A stretch of 64,000 nt of DNA from an uncultured bacterium (GTDB taxonomy: Bacteria; Patescibacteriota; Microgenomatia; Levybacterales; UBA12049): the NCBI GenBank assembly GCA_963826535.1, contig CAWGXL010000011.1:128809-192808 (forward strand), in the 5' to 3' direction. Below are positions 39,813-47,439 of this stretch, piece after piece; position 1 is the first letter of the stretch, and every line of letters starts with the position of its first letter. A program made the translations under genes and the position numbers. The notes beneath the pieces are model-generated. The model had not been told where the DNA came from, ran no database searches, and saw only the letters and a program-made list of their open reading frames with translations.

Positions 39813-40721
39813 ATGACCTTCTTTGATAAATTTGAACTCCTGAAAAAATCCATTCCTGTTCCGGCGGTGACGATTGTAGATACTGTGGATTGTGAATATG
39901 TAGATGGCGTCTATCTAAGCAAAAATTGTTACTTTTGTTTCGTTTGCTTTGATCTTGAAGACGGTGCTTATAACACACTAGGATTCTATTGTAAAAAACT
40001 TGTAGATTGTGACGCAGTGGATGCGTCAGAGAAATGCTATGAAAGCATAAATTCTTCTAAATGTTACAATTCTACATATCTAATAGATTGTAATAGCTGT
40101 ACCGATTGTCATTTTTCAACATTTTTGATTTCTTGCACTGATTGTTTTGGATGTGTTGGATTAACTCATAAAAAATATTGTATCTTTAACAAACAGTTCT
40201 CCAAAGGAGAATACTTTAAGAGTGTAGAAGAATTAAAAAAAGAGAAGCCGGAAAAGATCCTGGCCAAAATGTTTAAACTGAAACAAACCATACCCCATCC
40301 TGCCAGCCAACAGTTTAACAATGAAAATTGTCCATATGGAGATTATATAATTGGCTCAAAGAACATGTATTGGAGTTTTAATAGTTATTATGGTGAAAAC
40401 TCCGGATATACATATGTTACAGGACTTATAAAAAACTGCTGGGATATATTATTGGGAGGGGGAAATCGAACTAAAAAAACTTATTCTGAGCGATGCTATG
40501 AACTTTCGTATTCAAACCATTGTTATAACTCCGCGTTTTTACAAGATTGTTTTGATTGCACCAATTGTTCTTATAATACATACCTAAGAAACTGTTCGGA
40601 TTGTTTTGGTTGTGTCGGGTTAACAAACAAAAAATACTGCATATTTAATAATCAGCTTACAAAAGAGCAGTATGGAAAAACCGTTAAAGTGATAAAAAAA
40701 GAGCTTGGGTGGAATTATTAG
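39813..40721 (+). CDS. cysteine-rich repeat protein, paralog 2 (tandem duplicate of 38844-39755)
   Basis: Same architecture and motifs as paralog 1 ('CTDCFGCVGLTHKKYCIFNKQ', 'CSDCFGCVGLTNKKYCIFNNQLTKEQY...IKKELGWNY'). 302 aa. Confidence 0.6.
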   Translation: MTFFDKFELLKKSIPVPAVTIVDTVDCEYVDGVYLSKNCYFCFVCFDLEDGAYNTLGFYCKKLVDCDAVDASEKCYESINSSKCYNSTYLIDCNSCTDCHFSTFLISCTDCFGCVGLTHKKYCIFNKQFSKGEYFKSVEELKKEKPEKILAKMFKLKQTIPHPASQQFNNENCPYGDYIIGSKNMYWSFNSYYGENSGYTYVTGLIKNCWDILLGGGNRTKKTYSERCYELSYSNHCYNSAFLQDCFDCTNCSYNTYLRNCSDCFGCVGLTNKKYCIFNNQLTKEQYGKTVKVIKKELGWNY

Positions 40722-42113
40722 TTATTAAAATGAGCAGCAAGCAAAAATTACAATCTATTAATCCTTCAAACTATCAAGCTCTAGGAACAGTTGATATTTC
40801 AACAGCTCAAGAGATTGAAGGAAAAGTTAAGCTTGCAAGAAGCGCGCAAAAGAAATGGGCTGATTTGGGTATTGCCAATAGAGTATCGGTTTTGAAAAAT
40901 GCTTTTGAAGATTTTAAAAAACAAAAAGAAATGTTTATTCTATTGCAGTCAAGAGAGATGGGAATGCCCGTTAACGAATCTCTTATTGATTTTAATTCAA
41001 CCATTGATTATGCAAATTGGAATTTTGAAAATGCAGAAAAGTATTTAAGGCCTGAAACCACTTTTGAAAATGAGCGCGAAATCCACCAAGTTTTTCATGA
41101 ACCCATCGGCGTTTCGGCAGCTATTGTTCCTTGGAATTTTCCTTTCGCAAATTTTGTATGGGGCACTCTTCAAAGTTTAATCGCCGGCAATACAGTTGTT
41201 TTCAAACATTCCGAAGGAATGTCCGTTATGTGGAAAATTCATAGATGAGATTTTTACTAAGCACTTACCCAAAGGAGTTTTTAATGAGGTGTATGGAGGC
41301 GGAGAAGTTGGAAATTCACTAGTTAATCAAAACATTAATATGATTGCTTTTACGGGGAGCACTAAGACCGGAAAGAAGATATATGAGATAGCAGGAAAGA
41401 AATTCATAAAAGCAGTAATGGAGTTAGGTGGATCTGCGCCTGGCGTAGTATTTGAGGATGCCGATCTTGATTTAGCTGTTGGGAATATCTGCTTCAATAG
41501 GTTACTTAATCAGGGGCAATGTTGCGATGGGTTAAAACGCCTTATCGTGCATGAAAGTATATTTGATGAAGTTGTGAAAAAAGTTGCTACTACTTTTTCA
41601 GCTAAAAAGGTAGGAAACGCTACAGACAAGCATACTGAAGTCGGCCCACTTGTTGCGAAAAGACAACTTGAATTGCTTATTTCTCAGGTTGAAGACGCAA
41701 AGACAAAAGGCGCAAAAGTGATTACGGGTGGCAATTCACTTGAAGACAAACTAGGCGGCGCGTTTTTTGAGCCAACAGTATTAACAGGTATTACAAACGA
41801 CATGCGGGTCTGGAATGAAGAAGTGTTTGGTCCGGTTTTGCCAATTGTAAAATTTAAAACCGAACAAGAAGCAATTGAGCTTGCCAATCAGACGGTTTAT
41901 GGCTTAGGTTCGTATGTGTTTACAAACGATAAAGATAAAGCAGAGAGAGTAACAAGCGCGATTGAATCCGGCATGGTGAGCGTCAATGGCACAAATTATA
42001 TTATGCCGTTTAATCCATTTGGAGGCTACAAAAATTCCGGAATTGGAAGAGAACATGGTAGATATGGGTTTGACGTAGTGACGCAGATAAAGATTATTGC
42101 TAAAAATAAATAA
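40709..42113 (+). pseudogene. aldehyde dehydrogenase family, interrupted by +1 frameshift near 41215
   Basis: Two overlapping ORFs (40709-41248 and 41196-42113) together span a full ALDH ('GNTVVFKHSE' | 'ECPLCGKF...', catalytic 'GQCCDG', 'ELGGSAP'). One extra base in 'CCGAAGGAATG'. Confidence 0.7.
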
Positions 42114-42193
42114 AGACGCCAGCCCATCAAGCGTACGACAAGGTAAATATTTAGTGGCAGAAACTTTTTCCTAGATGATATAATTCTCAAATC

Positions 42194-43336
42194 ATGGTAG
42201 GAGCTGAAAGAAGTGAAGGACTATTAGAATATCCAAGAACTATTACTTTAGGTCATTTTTGGACAGGATTAATGACTGGTAGATTTGAACCTTTATCGGA
42301 CGATAAGAAAGCGGACTTGGATTTTGAATATCTAAAACACAAACCTCTAACATCTCCCAATCAGCAAGAAGTGGCAGACATTAAATGGGCTGTCCGTGAT
42401 GCTGTTGATTACGTTAATTCTGAAAAATTTAGAGCGCTTGCAGAAGATCAGTTGACGTATATAGATCCAGCTAAAATAGCAGAAGCTTTTAACTTTTCAG
42501 ATCGACAAAAATTTAGAGAGTGGCTTCAATATCCTCATCTCATAAATGTAAGCAGGATTAACGAAGATAACAGGCAAGTGTTTGAGGAATTTATAGAAAA
42601 AGCAGGGATCAAGCCCCTGTCTTCAGAGAATAAAGTGAGACTGTTATCTAACGTAGAAAATTGGCATAGTCTAAGATTTAAAGACGGTAGCACTGATATC
42701 CCCTTGACTCATCAAGAAATCGGGTCATTAGACAAATATTCTATGTTTGCTGATGAATCTAAAGAAGAAGTTCACAGAATAATAGAAACTAAAGAAAATT
42801 TTAGATCATTGACAGCAAGAGTAAGGCAAAGAGTTGGAAGAGATAAGTTAGCAGTTTTAGATGTAGGCGGGGGTAGTGGCCGAGCCTTACGAGATATGAA
42901 GGCAATAGACAGCGACATTGAAACGTTCAATCTGACTATGCACGAGCAACCTGTTATGTATCCTGTAGATCATGTGATTTTATGTCCGGCAGAAAGAATG
43001 CCAGCAGATTTTGAAGAGAGAATGGATATTATTATATCTAATATGGCTTTTACCCAAGTCAGCCTACCACATTTGGCAATGCGCAATGTGATTAAATCGC
43101 TTTCTGTGGGCGGGGAAGCAATGATAATGAATGTTGGAATAGATAAAGTTCCTAAGAGATTTGAACAAGAAGATGCAGAGGGTTTAGTATTGAACGCCGC
43201 TCAACAGATTAAAGAATTAGGTAATATGGGTCTAATAGATGTAAAATTTACTGGCTTACACGATAGGCATGGGTTAGATTTTCACTGGGTTAATATGAAT
43301 GTTGTAAAAAAGAAATCAGTTAAGGGGATTCTGTAA
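42194..43336 (+). CDS. class I SAM-dependent methyltransferase with ~200-aa N-terminal extension
   Basis: 'LAVLDVGGGSGRALRDM' motif I in the C-terminal half. Confidence 0.6.
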   Translation: MVGAERSEGLLEYPRTITLGHFWTGLMTGRFEPLSDDKKADLDFEYLKHKPLTSPNQQEVADIKWAVRDAVDYVNSEKFRALAEDQLTYIDPAKIAEAFNFSDRQKFREWLQYPHLINVSRINEDNRQVFEEFIEKAGIKPLSSENKVRLLSNVENWHSLRFKDGSTDIPLTHQEIGSLDKYSMFADESKEEVHRIIETKENFRSLTARVRQRVGRDKLAVLDVGGGSGRALRDMKAIDSDIETFNLTMHEQPVMYPVDHVILCPAERMPADFEERMDIIISNMAFTQVSLPHLAMRNVIKSLSVGGEAMIMNVGIDKVPKRFEQEDAEGLVLNAAQQIKELGNMGLIDVKFTGLHDRHGLDFHWVNMNVVKKKSVKGIL

Positions 43337-43587
43337 TTTTAACAGACAATCACGAGCGCCTCATGATTTACAAAAAGTAGATTAAGTTTCTAAAAAATAA
43401 TGAGGATTATTGAGTTTTTTTCGGTTGACGGAGAAAAAAATGAGAGTTGAAAATTAAATAATTTCTCCTACTGATTTAGTAAATTGAAAATTACTAAAAA
43501 TTTTAGCCTCGAAAAATATTAAATTTTATTTGTGATTTTTACTGCAATAACAACTAAAATTAATAGTTTTGAAGCAATAAAAAAATC

Positions 43588-43620
43588 TTGACAATTTTAC
43601 GCATACGATACAGTATATAT
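43588..43620 (+). promoter_or_regulatory. putative sigma70-like promoter (TTGACA ... TATATAT)
   Basis: Perfect -35 hexamer TTGACA at 43588-43593 and an AT-rich TATATA about 20 bp downstream (long spacer). Precedes the poly-Lys micro-ORF. Confidence 0.3.
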
Positions 43621-43671
43621 ATTAGCCTGTAACTGACATAATTTTTAACAGGTTGGAGGGGGTGATAGAAC

Positions 43672-43701
43672 ATGGCAAAAAAGAAAAAGAAGAAGAAGTA
43701 G
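43672..43701 (+). other. micro-ORF MAKKKKKKK with canonical SD (GGAGGGGGTGA)
   Basis: ATG 7 nt after the SD, seven Lys codons, then TAG. Followed 37 nt later by an intrinsic-terminator hairpin. Confidence 0.25.
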
Positions 43702-43737
43702 GTTGGTATAATAGTATTACCAACTGATCAATTGGTA

Positions 43738-43783
43738 AAATCCCCTGCCCATTGGTGGGGGATTTTTTTTGAAAGAGCAACGA
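43738..43783. terminator. rho-independent terminator hairpin (TCCCC-TGCCCATTGG-TGGGGGA + T8), possibly bidirectional
   Basis: GC stem followed by TTTTTTTT on the plus strand. Lies immediately 3' of the minus-strand PKD gene stop (43785). Confidence 0.5.
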
Positions 43784-43784
43784 T

Positions 43785-44651
43785 TCACTTCTTTTTTCTT
43801 GGTAATTTTTTGAGGACCAAAGCACCAGCTACACCAAGCAGTGATACTCCAAGTACTGCTGTGCCAATAATTAATAAATGCCTTTGGGGATCTTCCGCTT
43901 CACGATTATTAGAATCAAAGATAGCATCATTTCTGATATCCACATAGGATTGAGATATAAACCCGTTTTCATCTTTAATTTGTAGTGCGGGTGAGACATA
44001 GTTTAACAGTAGATATTTATGCCCAGTAGTAACCTGTTTACCTGTTTTCCCGTCTCCGAAATCCCAAAGGTATTCAATGATCTTGGACGTTGGAGCTATT
44101 GATTCAGAGGCGTCTAATACCAGATTGTTATTTAGGTTTATATCTAAACTCACCTTAGTTGGATCGTCAATTTTTTTACCGTTTACCTTTATCACCGCCT
44201 TCGGGAGTTGATAATTTTTATCGGGAATGATATTTAACTGAACAGATTCTATCAACTGAACAGGAATACTGGAATCAAATTCAGTGTTGATAGTCAATAT
44301 ATAAGAGCCTTTTTTTTTATACTGATGGGTATTTTTCAAGCCTTGGGCTTTTGTTCCGTCTCCGAAATCCCAGGAAAACTTAGTTTGGTTAATTATCTCC
44401 TCTGTAACGGCTTGTTTGAGTAAAGTTGTATCTATTTCAAATGTAATTGGCTGATTTACAAGGAAGTTATCCGAAGAAATATCCTGGGGCACTGTGAAGT
44501 TTGTAGGGTAAATCTCAACTGTTTGCAATAGAGATTCGTTAGGCAGCTCACCATTGATTTTGAAAAATGGAGGCAGACCCGCGCCATGAGCCTCAACAGC
44601 TTGAGGGAACATACATAGCAACAAGAATGCAAAAATGAGAGACTTCATCAT
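43785..44651 (-). CDS. exported PKD-domain protein with C-terminal TM anchor (start revised to MMKSL)
   Basis: Signal peptide '...FPQAVEA|HGAG', two PKD signatures 'WDFGDGTKAQG' and 'WDFGDGKTGKQ', C-terminal 'LLIIGTAVLGVSLLGVAGALVLKKLPRKKK'. The upstream part of the listed ORF is a terminator plus tandem repeat, not coding. Confidence 0.7.
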   Translation of the reverse strand: MMKSLIFAFLLLCMFPQAVEAHGAGLPPFFKINGELPNESLLQTVEIYPTNFTVPQDISSDNFLVNQPITFEIDTTLLKQAVTEEIINQTKFSWDFGDGTKAQGLKNTHQYKKKGSYILTINTEFDSSIPVQLIESVQLNIIPDKNYQLPKAVIKVNGKKIDDPTKVSLDINLNNNLVLDASESIAPTSKIIEYLWDFGDGKTGKQVTTGHKYLLLNYVSPALQIKDENGFISQSYVDIRNDAIFDSNNREAEDPQRHLLIIGTAVLGVSLLGVAGALVLKKLPRKKK

Positions 44652-44687
44652 ATAGCTATTGTACCAAATATAGCTATTGTACCAAAA
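44652..44687. repeat. 18-bp tandem direct repeat (ATAGCTATTGTACCAAAT x2) in the 5' leader of the PKD gene
   Basis: Two adjacent copies between the upstream terminator and the ATG. Each contains TACAAT (minus strand: TTGGTACAATAGCTAT). Confidence 0.5.
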
Positions 44688-44688
44688 A

Positions 44689-44713
44689 GGGCGGTTGTTA
44701 CACCGCCCTCTCT
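44689..44713 (-). terminator. intrinsic terminator of the YcnI-like gene
   Basis: Stem GGGCGGT / ACCGCCC with a 6-nt loop followed by T5 on the minus strand, about 55 nt after the stop at 44767. Confidence 0.5.
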
Positions 44714-44766
44714 TTTGTCCCGATTGAATCGAGATTGCTCTAAGTATTAATTGTGCATGCTTTGCT

Positions 44767-45450
44767 TTATCTTTTCTTTCGCGTTTGCATCCACAAAGAA
44801 ACACCTGCTCCAACCAGCGCTAATACGCTTAGGATTAAAGGTAAATTGTTTTGTGTTGAACCCTCTACTGCTGCAGTATTTGCAGATGCACCAGGACCAG
44901 GCGCGGCAGAAAGGTCATTTCTGACATTAGTCACAGAAAATGGATTAGGAGCATTTTCATCATGCTCACCTTCTATATGAGGATTATTTTTTGCATATTC
45001 CTCAACCGTTTTTGCGTCCTTATCCCATGCGACTACTTCTCCGCTACCATAAGTTTGGTATGCCAACCAGTTTAAGGATGTTTCCTCTGCCGGAGCTTGA
45101 GCACTAAAAACAAATTCATCTCTTTGTTCAGCAGGAATACTTCCTCCTGACCAAATGATTTCTGTAACTTTAGCGTCCTCTCCAACACCTGCCTTTTTAA
45201 GTTGTATTGTCCAACCCGGCTTAACATTAGGTCTGACGCTCTGTAATCCTTCCGGAATAAGAAGTCTTAAACCAATAGTAGGAGTGTCTTCTTCAGTGGG
45301 CACACTGACAACAAAGTTGGTACGCTGCGCAACCCCAACCTCGCTTGGTCTTACAACCACATGCGCCAATGCGGGTGCAGCACTTAGGCTTAATCCCATT
45401 ATGGTAACAAGCACTACGCTAATATATTTTTTAATATTCATATAAATCAC
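44767..45450 (-). CDS. YcnI-like (DUF1775) copper-binding exported protein with C-terminal TM anchor
   Basis: Signal peptide ending 'APALA|HVVVRPSE' (N-terminal His), 'FVVSVPTEED' block, C-terminal 'LPLILSVLALVGAGVSLWMQTRKKR'. Confidence 0.6.
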   Translation of the reverse strand: MIYMNIKKYISVVLVTIMGLSLSAAPALAHVVVRPSEVGVAQRTNFVVSVPTEEDTPTIGLRLLIPEGLQSVRPNVKPGWTIQLKKAGVGEDAKVTEIIWSGGSIPAEQRDEFVFSAQAPAEETSLNWLAYQTYGSGEVVAWDKDAKTVEEYAKNNPHIEGEHDENAPNPFSVTNVRNDLSAAPGPGASANTAAVEGSTQNNLPLILSVLALVGAGVSLWMQTRKKR

Positions 45451-45531
45451 CTCCTTTCATTATGGACTAGGCAATAATTTGCCAGTAAACGAATACTTAG
45501 AGCTGGACCTGCCTGCCGGCAGGCAGGAAAA

Positions 45532-45897
45532 TTAAGAGAAAACAGGAGGTGATCTATTGTTTACCGAAGGGGTAAATAGGAACGGACGAAAAACATTAGG
45601 ATTATTTTCACTTTCCTGAACAAAAGTAACACTAGTAAAAACTTCAAACGGAACTGTGGTATCGCTAATTTGGGGTATACAGCAAGGATGGTGCTCCTTG
45701 GAATCTGCTGTTTGGTGATGATAGGCAAATGTTAACTTAGCAGGATTTAAGTGGATTGCAGTAAAAACAACAAGAAGCGTAATGACTAATACTTGAAACT
45801 TTGATAAATTTAAAAGTTTATCTTTAAGAAGAATTATGAAAGCTAAGACTAAGGGAGTAAAAATTAGAAGATAATGTGCTAAATGATCATGCTCCAT
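45532..45897 (-). CDS. small membrane protein
   Basis: Two to three hydrophobic helices; His-rich N-terminus 'MEHDHLAHY'. Confidence 0.4.
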   Translation of the reverse strand: MEHDHLAHYLLIFTPLVLAFIILLKDKLLNLSKFQVLVITLLVVFTAIHLNPAKLTFAYHHQTADSKEHHPCCIPQISDTTVPFEVFTSVTFVQESENNPNVFRPFLFTPSVNNRSPPVFS

Positions 45898-45898
45898 A

Positions 45899-46369
45899 TT
45901 ATTTTTTTGCTGTACTTTTTATGCCTTTTTTAATAACAACCCAAATTAAAAGTGCGACTGCTAAAAAGCCGACTGAGATATGAAAAATATGCGTTAAAAC
46001 CCAGTTATTAATTTCAGGTTGGGCAGGTGCGGTTTGTTCTGCTGCTGTTTGTAAATTCTCGGATATTCTTTCTACCCGTAAGTCATATTCTAGCGTAAAA
46101 TCATTGAAAGCTCCAGGAGAATTAGGCTTCCCTACAATTCTTACTTTATAAACATCTCTTTGCGGAAATGTAAAGGACAGGCTGGCATTTGAAAGAGAAG
46201 GATTGGTATTATTAGAAAAAAGCTGCTGACTAAAAATTTCTTTTCCTGATTGCAAAATAGAAATAGTGCAATCGCAGTCAACAGGCTTAAATTTATTTTC
46301 TTTATCTTTAAACTCAAAGTAGAAATCACTTTGTTCACCAGCAATTGGATCATCTTCTGGGGGTAACAT
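45899..46369 (-). CDS. hypothetical protein with C-terminal TM anchor
   Basis: 156 aa with C-terminal 'ISVGFLAVALLIWVVIKK'. Adjacent to the metal-handling genes. Confidence 0.4.
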   Translation of the reverse strand: MLPPEDDPIAGEQSDFYFEFKDKENKFKPVDCDCTISILQSGKEIFSQQLFSNNTNPSLSNASLSFTFPQRDVYKVRIVGKPNSPGAFNDFTLEYDLRVERISENLQTAAEQTAPAQPEINNWVLTHIFHISVGFLAVALLIWVVIKKGIKSTAKK

Positions 46370-46584
46370 GCATCACCGCCCCTACTGAACCACTTGCTTT
46401 TAGTACATGAGCGTAAGCGGCATTGGAAGAAGTAAAAAGGATAAATACTAACAAAAATGAAGCTAAGATATGTATCATAAACCTTACCTAATAAAGATAT
46501 TCTACTGGATTTGGGCTGTAAAGTCAGCTGGTAATGCTGTGCATCCGGCTATGGTAACTGTTCACAAGTCTAACATGAAATTGT

Positions 46585-46659
46585 CATCGCGATCCCGATT
46601 TAATCGGGAGTGGCGATCTTTAAAGATTGCTTCGCTACGCTCGCAATGACAAAATCGTA
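46585..46659. mobile_element. MITE-like palindromic element, copy 3 (subfamily A, short, inverted relative to copy 1)
   Basis: TIRs TTGTCATCGCGA / TCGCAATGACAA. Hairpin TCCCGATTTAATCGGGA. The reverse complement aligns to copy 1 apart from an internal deletion of about 45 nt. Confidence 0.5.
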
Positions 46660-46722
46660 TCAGAACCGTGAACTGTTACCGGTTATGCAGGAGCTTGACT
46701 TTAAATATATATCTGGTGTATT

Positions 46723-47319
46723 TTGTATATAGCTATGACTTTAAAGTCAACTTTCAAGATTTTTCTCCCACTCGCAATACTCCTTTTTGTCTTTCCATCA
46801 CCCGCACACGCTCATCTTATGGGAGGAAATGGAATTGTCAGCGGCTTGACTCATCCATTAATTGGTATCGACCACCTACTGGCAATGGTAGCTGTGGGAA
46901 TAATTAGCACACAAATTAAAGCCCGGACAATTTGGATTGTTCCTGCGGCTTTTATATGTTTCATGCTGGTTGGCGGGATACTTGCTATGAGTGTTGGTAT
47001 ACCGTTTATTGAAATAGGAATCGCATTATCTGTGCTTGTTTTAGGGATTGCAATAGCAATGGCACAAAAGTTTTCTCTTGGAATAGTCATAGCATGTGTT
47101 GCTTTTTTTGGGCTGTTTCATGGGCACGCACATGGTGGAGAAATGCCATTAATTGCTCATCCGGCATTGTATGCATCAGGCTTTGTGCTCTCCACAATAT
47201 TTCTACATTTTATGGGAGTATTGTTAGGACTTTACGCCCGTAGAACAAATTTGATGCTTAGAATGTTAAGGTTATCCGGGGCGGCAATAAGTATGGCCGG
47301 TGTCTTCTTCCTGTTATAA
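46723..47319 (+). CDS. hupE: HupE/UreJ-family Ni/Co transporter
   Basis: Signal peptide '...SPAHA|HLMGG', 'GIDHLLAMVAVG' and C-terminal 'HGHAHG', typical of HupE/UreJ. Confidence 0.8.
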   Translation: MYIAMTLKSTFKIFLPLAILLFVFPSPAHAHLMGGNGIVSGLTHPLIGIDHLLAMVAVGIISTQIKARTIWIVPAAFICFMLVGGILAMSVGIPFIEIGIALSVLVLGIAIAMAQKFSLGIVIACVAFFGLFHGHAHGGEMPLIAHPALYASGFVLSTIFLHFMGVLLGLYARRTNLMLRMLRLSGAAISMAGVFFLL

Positions 47320-47356
47320 GTGGTTTTATTTTACTCATGTTACGCAATATCTTCCT

Positions 47357-47423
47357 CGTCATTCCTGCGAAAGCAGGAATCTTTTTAATGAAATTTCTGG
47401 ATTCCCGCCTGCGCGGGAATGAC
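47357..47423. mobile_element. MITE-like palindromic element, copy 4 (subfamily B, short)
   Basis: TIRs CGTCATTCC / GGAATGACG. Hairpins ATTCCTGCGaaaGCAGGAAT and ATTCCCGCctgcGCGGGAAT. Same TTTACTCAT.TTA.GCA left flank as copy 2. Confidence 0.5.
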
Positions 47424-47439
47424 GGTGCGTAAAGTGATT

